Below, piece after piece: positions 33,045 through 47,380 of a stretch of 64,000 bases of DNA. The stretch is from Eledone cirrhosa (taxonomy: Eukaryota). The translations under genes were made by a program, and so were the position numbers. The notes below the pieces were generated by a model. The model was not told the origin of the DNA, made no database searches, and saw only the letters and a program-made list of their open reading frames with translations. The stretch covers positions 196,602,001-196,666,000 of the forward strand of contig OZ024743.1 in NCBI GenBank assembly GCA_964016885.1, given 5' to 3'. The first letter of the stretch is position 1. The number at the start of each line of letters is the position of its first letter.

Positions 33045-33482
33045 TTTCTGATTTAGGCACAAGGCCAGTAATTTGTGATGATGGGGAACGTTGTTAATAT
33101 CAACTCCAGTACTTAACTGATACCTTATTTTATCGACACCAAAAGGATGAAAAGTAAAGTTGACGTCGGTGAAATTTGAACTCAGAACGTAGAAAGTCGT
33201 AAATAAATACTGCAAAGCGTTTTATCCGACGATCTACCGATTCTGCTAATTCACTGCCCTTAAATAATGGTTTCTTATATAGGCACAAGGCCAGCAATTT
33301 TGGGGGAGGGGAAAGTCGATTAAATCGATCCAGTGCATGACTGGTACTTTATTTTATCGACCCCGTAAGGATAAAAAGCAAAGTTAACCTCGGCGGGATT
33401 TGAACTCAGATCAAAGAGGGTCGTAACTCTATGCTGCAAAGCATGGCATCCAATCCTTTACCGATACTGCCAATCCACCGTC
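33045..33482 (-). mobile_element. Two tandem SINE family A copies
   Basis: Two consecutive minus-strand copies of the family A consensus. Confidence 0.8.
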
Positions 33483-35441
33483 ATTTTAAAGTTATGTAGG
33501 ATTGCATTTTTACGTATCTTGTTTTATAATATGACGAAAGGAGAGACATTAGGCTGATCTTTCTTGCGGGTCAAGCGAATTCGTAGAAGCTTCCGGGTTG
33601 GCTCACATAGTATTTATTGTTTGGGTAGGGAGAATAAGATGTAAATTTTGTTTATACTTCCACCTAGTTGACGAACATATTATTCTGATAATTAGATATA
33701 GCAATCTAGACATGTTGCGCACACTCTAATCCTTTCGTTACCATATTTTTAATTAAAGACACTGCCAATGATTTTGAACTTTATTCAATAGCATCATGAC
33801 CAAGCTGTGGCGTCCACATTGGAAGGGAGTGAGTCGTTCTCAAAAATCTTTTTTCGTAGCAATGCATATACGTGTAAATTATGTAAGTTGATTTACATCC
33901 TCCACAACTATATATGCCTGAATATATGCATTTGCATGTGTCTTAGTTGCATCGGGTATTTATTGAGTTTCCCATAAGAAATCTGATTTAACAATCATCC
34001 CTGCAAGATATGTTTAAAGAACCATGTGAGAGGAACAAGGGCTGTGAATTTCAGTAAACAAGAGTGTTCACGTGACTTACAGTGACTTTAGGCACTATGT
34101 TTGTATGAACAAAAATACATCTTTTCCAAAATAATTATACCATTAATGGTCTACATTATGTCTTTATAAACAAATGTTATGCCCTAATATGAAATATTAC
34201 AAAATGATGACATGAAAATGATTGTAGTAATTCATATTATTATTATTGTGGTCAGTAATTAAATGAGAGAAAGATATAGAATTGTGTGAAGAAGTGTGGC
34301 GGTGTTTGTTGTGATTTAGACATTTTTTCATGGGTGGAGATATAGGGGCACTGTAGTGACATACGACGTTTGTTAGGCGTTTTAAACATCTCAAAGTCTG
34401 AAGCCAACCAATGTCTTCCAGAGAAGGAGAGAGAGAGAGGGGGTGGAGGCGGGGAATGTATATCCCAGTACTAAACTGGTACTTTTTTAGCGGCCTGGAA
34501 AGAATGGAAAGCAAAGTTGACCTCACTAGAATTTGAACTCGGGGAGTAGAGATCCGGAACGAACACGGTAAAACATTTTATCGGCGTTCTAATGACTTAT
34601 AGCCATAATAACGGTTTCTGATTTAGACACAAAGCCAATTTTGGCAGGAGGGGAAAGTCGATTTAATCGACCCTAGTATGTTACTGGTGCTTTATTTTAT
34701 CGACCCCTAAGGATGAAAGGCAAAGCTAACCTCGGTGGGATTTGAACTCAGAATGTAAATGTACCGTAAAGCATAATGTCCGACGCTCTAGCGATACTGT
34801 CAATCTACCACTTTAGGCATAACTTTGCTCAATCTGAAAACACCAGATAAGCTCGTGTGTGTGAGCATACCCTTCCCATCACATAATAATAATATCTTCC
34901 CAAAACTATCAGGTTTCTTTAAATGTGTTTGTACAAATAAATTATCCACGGGGTGATGTTAATAAATAATGTGTTATGTGTGAACATAAGTTAAATTAGA
35001 ACGGAGTTGCTGTCTAGAAATTAATTTAAACAAGCAATAAATGTATCTAATGACCTTTCAAATAAATTTATATCATTGCTTATACCAGGCGTTAGAACGT
35101 CGGATAGAATGACCTGAGTTCAAATCCCGTCGAGGTCAACTTTGCCTTTCATCATCGAGGTCGAAAAAAAAAAAAAAAATAAGGTCCAGTCTAGTACTGG
35201 GGTCGGTTCTTCCTCTATATCTCTTTCTCACTTCCATTCTCTCACTCTCTATCCTGCCCTGGACGAAATCTGCTATATTCAGACCTGTAGAGAGGATGGG
35301 CTCCGCCAGGTTTTAAAAATGCCATAGAAATGCCGTATGTCAATACGGCGTCCCTACGACTCCCTCAGGAGTAACAGGACCATATATGTATATACCAGAA
35401 AGTCTACTTTGTAACTTGCTTTCTAAACATATTTATATATG

Positions 35442-35513
<72 letters not shown>

Positions 35514-35533
35514 TGTGTGTGTGTGTGTGTGTG

Positions 35534-35663
35534 ACGAAGGAATTGTGGTAAGGAACCAGATGGACCATAACGCACCAGAGTACTCAATACTTAGGGTAGT
35601 AGAGTGGGTAATAGAAATAGCCGTCGAAACGGCTTGAGCTCTGCCGTCGGGGTCATACTTTTT

Positions 35664-35666
<3 letters not shown>
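35534..35666 (-). mobile_element. Collapsed foldback element, family of 56201-56430 and 57819-58024
   Basis: Tail shared with 57819-57900, joined at ATAGAAA to a single arm containing GAAACGGC-TTGAGCTCT-GCCGTC. Confidence 0.75.
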
Positions 35667-35714
<48 letters not shown>

Positions 35715-36143
35715 CATATGACAGTGACAGGTACGAAGAGCAGCGGCATCTGGAACTGTTGAAAAGAAAGTATGAAGTTACCCTCAGACCACAGCTAGAA
35801 TGCTTGCAAAAGAGTAGTCGCTACTAAATGTCTCCAAGTGCTGCTAACGATGCTAAACTAGGCGCCGGATCAAATCTACTGCTTATGATTGAATATTGGA
35901 TTCCTGAGGATGTCCCTGTGAAATTACTGGTAATGGAAGTGGCATGGACGGTATCATAAAAGGCAACATATTTTTAATTTCTGAGTTCAGTTCTTATCGG
36001 GAGTAAAACACTTTAAAAATAAAAGGTAATTTCGTTGTACTTGGACGATATTTATATTTATTATTCCTTTTATCTATTTTATCAGTACAGCGAGGTGAAA
36101 ATTATAATTGACTCCCGATAAGAACTGAACTCAGAAATTTAAA

Positions 36144-36310
36144 ATCGATCTGCTCCCTAGACTGGTGATGCAACAAAAATATATCTTTTATCGCACCACC
36201 AGTCTAAGGAGCAGATCGATACTGGAGTCGGGTCCATAACTCATATGGGTCACCTTGAGTCAACACTCTGCGAAAGGCGCGTAACAGGTCGATACACAAT
36301 AAATATTTTT
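36144..36310. mobile_element. Partial copy of the 39781-40188 foldback family
   Basis: Central hairpin 36144-36220 plus a long arm ending GCGAAAGGCGCGTAACAGG. Confidence 0.7.
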
Positions 36311-36623
36311 CAAACGCTACGAAATATATTTTCATCGATTCCCAGCCCAGGATTCGAGAACCCTTGCGTGTCCGCAAATGAAAAAAATATTTCTACATAC
36401 TCTACCCATCAGTATTAAATACTTATTCATATATATATAGGTATTATTTTACCGAGGTTGACTTTGCCTTTCAGCCTTACAGGGTCGATAAAATAAAGTA
36501 CCAGTAATGCACTGGGTAATTGCTGGCCTTGTGCCTAAAGTAGAAACAATTATTTTACCAGATTTTCTAAGTTACTCATAGCAATCGACTATGGTCACAT
36601 TGACGTTTCAACATTTACTAGGA

Positions 36624-36674
<51 letters not shown>

Positions 36675-36678
<4 letters not shown>

Positions 36679-36779
36679 TTCCCGAATGAAACAGTTCTAG
36701 TCCTGTAGAAGCCATTTCTATATCAAATATTTATACTCTGCTATGTATTGAGTACCTTACTTGAACCCGGGATAAACTT
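36675..36779 (+). mobile_element. Truncated copy of the 56000-56186 hammerhead family
   Basis: GAATGAAACAGTTCTAGTCCTGTAGAA plus ACTC...GAGTAC tail, TA-flanked. A further fragment lies at 50444-50490 (minus). Confidence 0.7.
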
Positions 36780-36811
36780 ATATATATCTATACACACACA
36801 CACACATATAT

Positions 36812-36885
<74 letters not shown>

Positions 36886-36891
<6 letters not shown>

Positions 36892-37420
36892 GAGTTTATG
36901 TTGGTTGTATACCAATACCTCAGTATGCAGGCTGGAGCACTCGACGAAGTGCGCAGGTTGGTTTGGTTACTCCGGAGTAGTGTAAAATAAAGTTAAATGA
37001 AAGTCAAATGATTAAAATTTAGCTTCGTTTATTACTGCTATATATATTTCAGTGACAGCCATCTTTGGCTGTGACCTCTTCAGGCAGTTTGAATTAGTAT
37101 GGTATAGACAAGTACATATGTTGTTTATGTGTATAATATTGTCAATACTCTGATATGCCCAGTTCCTTGTTTGGTTGTTAATTCACTGAGGAACTGGAGT
37201 CATATGACTCCAGTTCCTCAGTGAATTAACAACCAAACAAAAAACTGGGCATATCAGAGTATTGACAATATTATACACATAAACAACATAGGTACTTGTC
37301 TATACCATACTAATTCAAACTGCCTGAAGAGGTCACAGCCAAAGATGGCTGTCACTGAAAAATATATAGCAGTAATAAACGAAGCTAAATTTTAATCATT
37401 TGACTTTTATTTAACTTTAT
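36886..37420 (-). mobile_element. Penelope-like foldback element with hammerheads on both arms
   Basis: 434-bp loop-less palindrome 36987-37420 centred on CATATG. The hammerhead ACTGC-CTGAAGA-stem II-GAAA..TA-GCAGT-AATAAA occurs at 37319-37373 (+) and 37034-37088 (-). Unique tail 36886-36986. Confidence 0.85.
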
Positions 37421-38493
37421 ATATATATATATATATAGACCCATAATTCCTGATGGAGTCGTAGGAGCACGGTCTATCTTGAACACGTGATACTTGACGA
37501 AACCCATCTCCTATCCCGGTCCGAACACAGCCGATTTCTTCCAGAGAGGGGAGAGAGAGGGTGAGGAGAGGAGAGAGAATTAAAATGAGAAAGAAATATA
37601 GAGGAAGAATCGACCCAGTACTGAACTGGTATTTTTTGTTTTACCTGAAAAGAACGAAAGGCAAAACTGATGTCGGTGGGATTTGAACTCAGAGCCCGGA
37701 ACGAATACCACAAGACATCTATCTGACTCAGACAAATCGCATAAATAATTGGGTCACAGTAAAAGCACAACAAATCATACGATATTCAGTAGGTTAGATG
37801 CTAAATCTGCAGAAAAATAACAGCACATGTCGGGGGTCCATTAAGTGTTTTAGGTAAACACCCCAACTATTGTTTCTTTTACATGCTTCGTTTATCAAAT
37901 GAACAATTGAAAGTATTAAGAAGAAAGGTGTGATAGTTAGACAAACACTTAGCCGCATTAAAATCAATAATCCGTGAAAGAAAGGTGATTCTGTCAGCTG
38001 GAGCTGTGGGGTTGCCAGCATGTGAGACCCCATTTGCTCACTATACAGAGAGATGAGGAGGGTAAGAGAGATGGAGGTCATGAAGGGGGGAGTTCGGCTC
38101 TTCAGTGTTCGGACACATTGCACCTGTCAAGAGTGTATTTTCATACACGAGATAGATATCAATTTAACATCAATATCACGCTTCACAATAACAAAACAAA
38201 TCTATTTTCAATATCCATATCTATTGTGTCAAAGTTCACGACTTCAAAACATGAGATTCATACATTTTAAGCATAACAATTACTACGAATGCTGGGAAGG
38301 CATACTAAACTAGAAAGATTTAAAATATAGTAAATAAACCGACACAAAAGATAAATACTAATAAACTATTCGCATCATCGTTGGTTTTCGCTTATTGTTT
38401 TGTTTGATGATTTTTAAATGTTTATTTTTGGTGGGGTTTGTCAAACTTTTTTAAGACAACGAATTGGTACAGTCGTTAGAACATCCTATAGAA

Positions 38494-38740
38494 CAGGCAT
38501 GTGAAACTGAGGGTCCCTCGAGAGCCACATGGGTCACATATGTGTTGTCTGAGGGCCACATGGGTCACACATGTGTTGTCTGAGGGCCACATGGGTCACA
38601 TGTGTTGTCTGAGGGCCACACACGACAACTAATTCCGCACATTACAACTAATTTTATGACGATAAAACATGCTCGCGCTGTAAAAACCTTTGTGCGGGAT
38701 GCAGGTGTGCTTGTAAAGGGCCGCATGTTTGACATGCCTG
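38494..38740. mobile_element. hAT-type MITE with 8-bp TSD
   Basis: TIRs CAGGCATGT.AAAC / GTTTGACATGCCTG. TSD CTATAGAA at 38486-38493 and 38741-38748. Three internal ~31-bp repeats. Inserted in a SINE head. Confidence 0.85.
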
Positions 38741-39094
38741 CTATAGAATGCTTTGCGGTATTAATTCCCGCTCTCTGCACTCATATCTAGCCCGTTAAAA
38801 AAAGCACCAGTCTACTACTGAAATTGATTTTTCCTTTATATCTCTTTTTCAGTTCCATTCTGTCATTTTCTATCCTTCTCTGGAAGAAATCTACTGTATT
38901 CAGACCTGGAGAGGTGGGCTCCACCTGGTTTAAATATGCCCTAGAAACACCGTATGTCAATACGACGCCTCTACTACTCCCCCAGGAGTTACTGGTCCAT
39001 GCATGCATAACCTTTTACACACAAAAACAAACACCGTATCGTCCCATGTCATGTTTATTGTCAGTCCTGAGTGACTAACAAAGAAATCATTATC

Positions 39095-39460
39095 CGGGAT
39101 TTGAACTCAGACCATAAAGGGCCGTAACTCTTTGTTGCAAAGCATGGCGTCCTATCGGTAGAGGGTCGGACGCCATGCTTTGCAGCAAAGATTTACGGCC
39201 CTTTACGGACTGAGTTCAAATCCCGCCGAGGTTAACTTTGCCTTTCATCCTTACGGGGTCGATAAAATAAAATACCAATAATACACTGGGATAATTGCTG
39301 GCCTTGTACCAAAAGTAGAAACAATTATCATTAATAATCCCTGCTTTGCAGCATAGAGTTACGGCCCTTTGTGGTCTGAGTTGAAATCCCGCCGAGGTTA
39401 ACTTTGCTTTTCATCCTTCCGGGTCGATGAAATAAAGTACCAGTAATGCACTGGGTAATT
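39095..39460. mobile_element. Cluster of SINE family A copies (inverted pair then tandem)
   Basis: An inverted head fragment at 39097-39152 abuts a + copy, and a second + copy follows at ~39340. Confidence 0.75.
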
Positions 39461-39780
39461 CCGGGTATTCCTCACATGTAATAATTTTTTACACACTTCT
39501 CACTGTGTAACACACTTCTCTCTGTGCAATATATTTGTATATATATATAAATATATATATACACACACACACATGTATGTGTATGCTTATGTATATATAT
39601 ATATATATGCGTGTGTGTGTGTGTGTGTGTAAAGAAAACTGCATCTTATACATCAGAATGGTAATATTTATGGTAAGAAATTCAGAATGAACTGGTTTCT
39701 TCTACTTTAAAAACGGGCGTTTATTAATTACCTCCCGTCAACAGGGAATCTTGAAAGATCTAAGACGTGTGCGTGTGTAT

Positions 39781-40304
<524 letters not shown>

Positions 40305-40319
40305 GTTTAGTAGTAAAGT

Positions 40320-40630
40320 CTCGTGGCTTAGTGGTTAGGTCATTCAGCTCACAATCTTAAGGTCATGAGTACGATTCCCAGTAAAGCATCATAATCTTAA
40401 GCAAGACACTTTATTTTACGTTGCTTCAGTCTAATCAGCTGGCGAAAATGCGTTGTACATGCAATTCAAAGAGCCAGCCTTGTCACACAAAGTGTCTCGC
40501 TGAATCTCCCTGAGAATAGCGTTAAGGCTACACGTGTCTATTGAATATTCAGCCATTTGCACGTTGATTCCATGAACAGGCTGCTCCATTGATGAAACAA
40601 TTGTAACACACATCGTCAGAACCGACGAAG
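40320..40630 (+). mobile_element. tRNA-derived CORE-like SINE
   Basis: GTGGCTTAGTGGTTAGG A box, decayed B box, TCTTAAGCAAGACACTTTATTT. Related minus-strand pieces lie at 28650-28850, 31550-31800 and 42850-43490. Confidence 0.7.
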
Positions 40631-40837
40631 GTTCAACAACGACAAGGTGATTGAGGTGCGCCCTTAATTTCCGATTGAGTCATATGGTCCCCGTAATGAT
40701 ATACGGCGTGTCCTGAGTACTTTTAAACCTGAGGGTATCCCTCGCTTTTCAGATCATGACATAGCCGATTTCTTACAGAGAGAGAGGGGGGAGGGGGTTC
40801 GGTTCCAGTAATAGAATGGTATTTTATTTATCGGCGT

Positions 40838-41227
40838 AGGGCGGTGGATTGACAGTGTCGGACACCATACTTTGCAGCATAGAGTTACAGGCCTTTACGG
40901 TCTGAGTTCAAATCCCGCCGAGGTTAACTTTGCCTTTCATCCTTACGGGGTCGATAAAATAAAGTCACGCACTAGGGTCGGTTTAATCAACTTTTCCCTC
41001 CCCCCAAATTACTGGCCTTGTGCCTATAGTAGAAATCATTTTATTTATCGACGTTGAAATAATTGTTTCTTATATAGGCACAAGGCCAGCAATTTTGGGG
41101 GATGGGGGAGGGGAAAGTCGATTAAATCTACCCCAGTGCGTGACTGGTACTTTATTTTATCGACCCCGTAACGATGAAAGGCAAAGTTAACCTCGGCGGG
41201 ATTTGAACTCATCGACGTTGAAATAAT
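40838..41227. mobile_element. Tail-to-tail SINE family A pair; second copy 5'-truncated with 17-bp TSD
   Basis: + copy at 40838-41040. The - copy at 41064-41210 is flanked by ATCGACGTTGAAATAAT at 41047-41063 and 41211-41227. Confidence 0.85.
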
Positions 41228-41979
41228 AAAAAGCAAATTTGTCCTTAGCGGAATCTGAACTCAGAACGCAGAGATCCTAAACATTCTACCTGACGTTCTA
41301 ACGACACTGTATATTCGCCGAACAAAGTGTTAAGTAGTAATGAAAACAGGTTTAGATTACAAAAGAGTACTTCAAAAGAGTAGATAAGAGTGGAACAGAC
41401 AATTTTGTCAACTGAATAGATTGACACGGATAGATAGAGCTTTTTTTTTTAAATGAAAATATTCAGAAATCATTGATGATTAATAGGTAGTTAATCTGTT
41501 AATGTTTATCAAAATATAAAGCCTCCCATAACGGCGATTCAACAAAAATGACTCTACGAACCGCCTGTGATCTTAAACTTCCTCAACAATAACTGACCCG
41601 AATTTGAACAACAACAGCTTAGTGGTCTGCAAAGTATTGAAGATCCATGAACTATATTCAAAATTTCAAGTACTTTGTTAACAACATAAAATAAATCTGC
41701 CAATTAATGAATATCAATTCTTCTATAAGTATAAACATTTCCTTTTTTCTATTGTTATTCTCAACATATAATAATCTGCGGGGAAGAGTCTGAAGGATGA
41801 TTCATTTTAATAGAAAGGGTCATTGGTAGTGAAAAGTTGGGGAATCACTGAACAAGTCCAATAACGGTGTATTTACACGTGGTCACCAAAACGTCTGAAA
41901 ATAGCAGCCACGTCTCTCTCAAATCCCACTTCTTTATCAAAAATGAAAAGAGACAGCATGGTTTACTTAACTCGTCAGA

Positions 41980-42640
41980 AGTTAATCTCTGACATGCCTT
42001 TGATAGGTTGGTTGCCGAGAGCTGCATGACAATCAGTGCTACGAAGACTGTGAGTAAAGTTCCAGTGAAGCAGGTGATGAAGTTCAAGCATCTCGGGGCC
42101 TTGGGAAAGCATGAGGCTGAATTAATTGCAAGTATTGCAAAGGCTGGTGCAGTAACGTGCCAGCTTCAACATTTGGTCATGGGAAGAAGGGAAGTAGGTG
42201 TAAAAGCCAAACGCGCTATCTTCGATATTCGTGCTAAACTTTACCTATAGTCATGAATCTTGGGAAATGACCGAAAGAATACAATCGCAAATACAAGCGA
42301 TCGAAATTGACTTTCTCCGAAGGGTCTTTGGAGTAACGTTACTCAATAGAGTACATAGCTCGGAGATCAGAAAGTCACTCCAGGTAGAGCCACTATTTCT
42401 CCGACTTGAGAGATCACAGCTCCGATACAACGGACATGTGGTTAGATAGAATGTCTCGGAAAAGCATCATTGGTGAGATTTTACGGACATTTAACCTACA
42501 GGAGACCCAAGTGGTAGATCCTGAGCAAGATTGTTGGATAACATCCATGAACTCTGCTGGTCTCGATTGGGCATCCAGCTGGATCAATTGGAGGCGTTTG
42601 CTTCTGACTGCACCCTCCCAGGGACAAGAAGAAGAAGAAG
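41980..42640 (+). mobile_element. Old degenerate RTE LINE 3' fragment
   Basis: KFKHLG, FTYSHESWEMTE, EIDFLRRV, ERSQLRYNGHVVR across broken frames. (GAA)n tail. Confidence 0.75.
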
Positions 42641-44090
42641 ACAGCATATTCTATTAACATAATGGTGTCAGAGTTCAGGCTTGTTAGGTCAGAGCTGACT
42701 CAGGGCTAAACTACTACTACTTTCAGAAAATATGGAACGGTTGTAACTAGAATTGTCTTGGATCAGATGCCTTCTGCATCAAGTGTGAACTAAGACTAAA
42801 ATATAAACAGTAGATGAGAGCAAATAAATGCCTGGAATGGAATGGATCTCTGTCGGTTTCGACGATGAATGTTCCAGTTGTTCGATCATATTGGAACAGC
42901 CTGCTCATGGAATTTATGTGTAAATGGCTGAGTATTCCACAGACACGCGTACCCTTAAAGTAATTGACGGTGATTCAGCGTGACAGAGTGTGTGACAAGG
43001 CTGGACGTTTGAATTACAGGTACTGTATAGTCCATCCGACGGGCTTCCAACCAGTTTCACTCACAAGGCATGGGTTGACCCGAGTCTATAGTAAAGGACA
43101 TTTACCCAAGATGCCATGCAATCTAATCGAACCCGGGACCTAATGTTTGCCAACTGAACTCCTTAACTATCCGGTCATGCTCCGGACTGATGGAGATTTC
43201 TGACGGACGATGAGTGCTCCAGTTGTTTGAGCAACGGAAAAGTTTGCTCATGAAATTAACTGGCCTAGCATTACACAGAAGTGTACCCTAAACGGAGTTC
43301 TCAGGGAGATTCAGTATGGCACTGTGTATGACATGGTTGGCAATATGAATTACAAGTAAAAATCATTTTTTGTTAGTTGAGTAGACAGATATGAGGGGAA
43401 ATAAAATGTCTTGCTCAAGGACACAAATCGACGCCAGGAATCAAACTCACGACAATACGATCGTCAGCCGAACACCCTAACCTCTAAACCACATATACAA
43501 TAAATAAATAGAAGGGTTGTCTCTATCACAGATTATAAATATGTACGGTATTCTGACGGTACTCTTTAAACTCTGCTGCTGGTGATCAAACTTAGTGGAG
43601 AAAAATATCTCATGTTGATGCGCAGTCTGCGACTGGCGGAGTTTAGCGAAAAAGAAAAAATCTGGCGAAAACTTCAAACATTTAAAAAAAATATCTATAA
43701 TGAACTTTTCCATGGTGAAATTTGAATATCAATATCTCTTAAACAGCCATAACTTTTTTGTGTTTCAATATTTTTCAAAGATTTCTTCGGACCTGTACAT
43801 GTTAAACAGAGGAACGTATGGTATTATAAAATATAAGAAGAAAACTGTCTCAATGTTTCTAATCCGCCTCCTCTTTTGGTTACTTTTCCAATTTTTGACT
43901 AAATTTTTCAAAGATTGTTTCTGAATTAAATGGAAAATTCTCTGGAAAAATAATCTTGTAATAAAGACGAATCCTTATATATTGTAATTACTGAATTATA
44001 ATAACTGAATGTACGTTACTTTACTTAGGGTATTGTGCTAACAATTAATGAAGTGTGGGGGGGGGGGGGCAAGATGTGGCATTGTATGTG

Positions 44091-44491
44091 CAGAGGCGTA
44101 ACTAAGGAAAACAGTGCCTATGGCAAGCAGTGAAATTACACCCCCTACTCTAACATCTGACACCCATCTTTCAGATAACCATAAAATCAGCTCAGAAATA
44201 ACAATCACGTTCGTTAATTTTTTAATTGAAAATCATACATGGATCTTTTAACCTATGGGTCTAATGATTTATATAAATGGTTTAATGATCCAGCCACCAT
44301 AGTGTTTCTCACACATGATAATCAAAGACAGATCTTAGATCATACACCTGAAGAAGTTTTTTTTTTTTACACTCATCGACCATAGCTTATCTGACTTTAA
44401 TAGAAAGTGCTCTTAGTCTAAGTGACATCCCTCCTCTTCAAGTGGTGCCCATCGCACGTGCCGTGCAGGCCATGCCCAAGTTACACCTCTT
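44091..44491. mobile_element. Probable hAT-like MITE
   Basis: Imperfect TIRs CAGAGGCGTAACT / AGTTACACCTCT. TSD not clear. Confidence 0.5.
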
Positions 44492-46149
44492 CTTATGCGA
44501 TCTTATGCTTATGACCAGAAATCAATATTTTGATCAAATTATATTGATTTTTGTTTCTTGATCTGGCGAGACTTGTTTGATTTACTATATAGAATAGTTC
44601 GATTTTGAGGAGGAACAGAAACCTAAATGTATTATTAATGTTATTACATTTGCGGCATATAGTTACGGCCCTTTACGCACTGATATCAAATCCAGCCGAG
44701 GTTAGCCTTACCTTTCATCCTTTCGGGGTCGATAAATTAAAATACCAGTAATGCACTGGGGTTGATTTAATCGACTTTCGTTTCCCCAAAAATTGTTGGC
44801 CTTATGTCTAAATCAGAAACCATTATCATTAATATTATTATTATTAATAGTAGTAGTAGTAGTTGTTGTTTAGCCACAAGTCATGTCTGATCAAACAGGT
44901 CTATGGTCAAAAGTATTCCATCCATGACCATCCAGTTTTTCTTATCTATCTAAGGCTACATAGTCCAATGTGCGTGTTATGTAAGACAATAGATAAGATG
45001 TGAGGGAGATTTGGCTGCTATTTTTAGCTGATCGAACGACCACGTAGAGTAACTGGAGTTGATTGTTTCTTTAATTAAAATTCGGACCAGCCAAGTTGTT
45101 ACAACCCCCACCTCACCCACAATAACACATACAGGCACACTAACGCACAAGCATAAAACACACACAAGCACACAGACACACAAGTACACAAACACAAGCA
45201 TACAGACACACTAATACAAGCATACAGAGACAGTAAAACTAACACACATACACACAAAAGAATACACAGCTCGTCAAGACAGATCTCACAAACCCTTTAA
45301 TTAAGAATTTGTTGTCCAGGTTTTGGAGAGCAACTAAGAACATTCTTTAATGAACACTTGATCAGAATCTGAGACTGTAGGAAAAAAAAACGGTGACATC
45401 TGTGAAGGCTACTAAACTACCATTGAGTCTTTGTCCAAGAATTAAACTACTTAAACAAACCATAAAATAAACTACAAAAACAACAACAAATAAAAAAAAA
45501 TAATATAGAATGAAAAAAAAAAACCACCAAAATAAAGTTACTGGCTTACTAAGAAAAAAAATTACCAGCTGGTTTTTAATTCTGGGTTTGTTGTGACAAT
45601 TGATAGCTAATATATACTGGTAATCAGGTTAGCTAAATGGCAGTAAGAACTTTCCAAACAATTGATCAGTAAATCTGTTGTCTGTCAATAAGAAACGGAA
45701 CCGTATCTTAGCAAGATCTCCGCCTAACTACAGTTTCTAAGCTAAAGGGACAGGGTTTATAATTTAGAATGAATAAGGTTTGCTTGAAAAAAAAAAAATC
45801 AACAACAAAAATTACATTTGTTTTTTTTTTTCGAAAGAAAGGCCAACATCGACAGGTGGTTATATCATTTGATGAATGAAATGGAAATAAATGAGGAATT
45901 TTCTGAAACATCCGTTGCTCCAGAATACATTACAATATGTTAAGAAACATTATAGTAAAACACAGGAAAGGTTATAAGGAAAATAATTACTTATAATGTT
46001 ATATTTAGCGTGAGAGTATTTCGGGACATGTAGCTCTATTCAATTAATTAACTCTAAAAAAAAAAAAACCTCGGCTTTTAAATTAAACTAATGAAAAATT
46101 GTAATTAACAAGATGTAATTAAATAAATAGGAAATAATTGTTGAAATAC

Positions 46150-46215
46150 CTGTATGTTTCGAAATGCGATCGTTCCTGTAAGCGAAATGAGCAGAAAAAA
46201 CAACTTTAGGCCCAT
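46150..46215 (-). CDS. Candidate first coding exon (signal peptide) of the secreted PDGF/VEGF-like gene
   Basis: ATG at 46215 gives MGLKLFFLLISLTGTIAFRNIQ, then CAG|gtattt. Phase 0 matches the 29155 exon. Basic n-region, hydrophobic h-region and T-I-A cleavage-like site. Confidence 0.62.
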
Positions 46216-46400
46216 CGCGTGTGTATGGCAGTTTACTATTTGATAAGAGTCGCAAGGTGTGTATGCACGTTTCACGTAGTAAAAGTTAAATGATATAAAA
46301 AGCTGTCAAGTGGAAATTGACTATTTACACTAATCTTATGTCACGTGATAGCAATCTAGCCTTTCATTGGTTCAAGTCGCGCTTTAGTGAAAGTTTAGTC
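46216..46400 (-). promoter_or_regulatory. Candidate promoter/5'UTR with CCAAT, E-box and RCGTG sites
   Basis: Unique, relatively CpG-rich stretch. CCAAT at 46370-46366 (minus), GTCACGTGA at 46340-46348, TACGTG at 46278-46273, ACGTG at 46270-46266. Confidence 0.4.
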
Positions 46401-47343
46401 TGCGAGTTCCTTGCTGTATTTTCGTTTCCTTTTTTCTTCTTTAACTGAACGAGAAAGCATTCAACGAGTTACTTTTGAAATGAATGTAGTTTAGGAGATC
46501 GCTATCAATGTTTTATATATAATGCCTGACTCTCATGAACGGTAATGCCTTATCCGCCCACATTAAGATGTCGCGTCAGAATTTTGACTCATAATAAAGA
46601 AACGATATGTATATAGTAAACGATATACGAGTGAGAGAGATGTGACTGGGTAGTACTGATGATAAATTTATAGCTGACAAAAGTTCAACAATTTTCAAGG
46701 GTGGCAGCTGTAAATAGTAAATAAAAACCATCCTTAGTTAATGTGGCTCACTGCTAGAATAGTTTCAAAAACTTCACCAAACTTTCTTTACCATTTCCTT
46801 CCTTCCGCTTATATATATATATATATATATATATCTTTAGGTCTGTTGGTTCACCACTGGATATATATTATATATATTATTTATGCTATATATTATATAT
46901 ATTATTTATTATATACATTATTTGTATATATATATATGGGGGGGGGGGGGGGTTAAGTATTTCCGTGGAAAAGGTAAAGTAAAGAAGAGTGCTCTTCTTT
47001 AGTTGTTGTTGTTTTCTTCTTCGTTTTCTTAGTTTCTTTCTTCGTGTGTTTTATTATCTTCCGTCGTTTCATTTGTGTAACTTTACTATTCACAGATTCT
47101 TGGATATGTTTGACTATCATCAAGACAAATTTCCAAACCTGAAAGTTTGAAATGAGGAAGACATTAGGAATAACAAATCAAAAGTAATATACTGTATAAT
47201 ATATTTTAAGATAAATTTGATTAATAGCAGAGGAAACATTTGTTTTCTCTTTCAAGGAAGCAAAAAGTAGGAATACAGACACACACGCGCGCACATACAC
47301 ACAGATACATACACGTGCATTCACTTTCACACATGCATAAAAT

Positions 47344-47380
<37 letters not shown>

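Noticed and set aside
43550-44020. Possible Kolobok-like DNA transposon end (GGTACTCTTTAA)
   Set aside because: No partner TIR or TSD identified.
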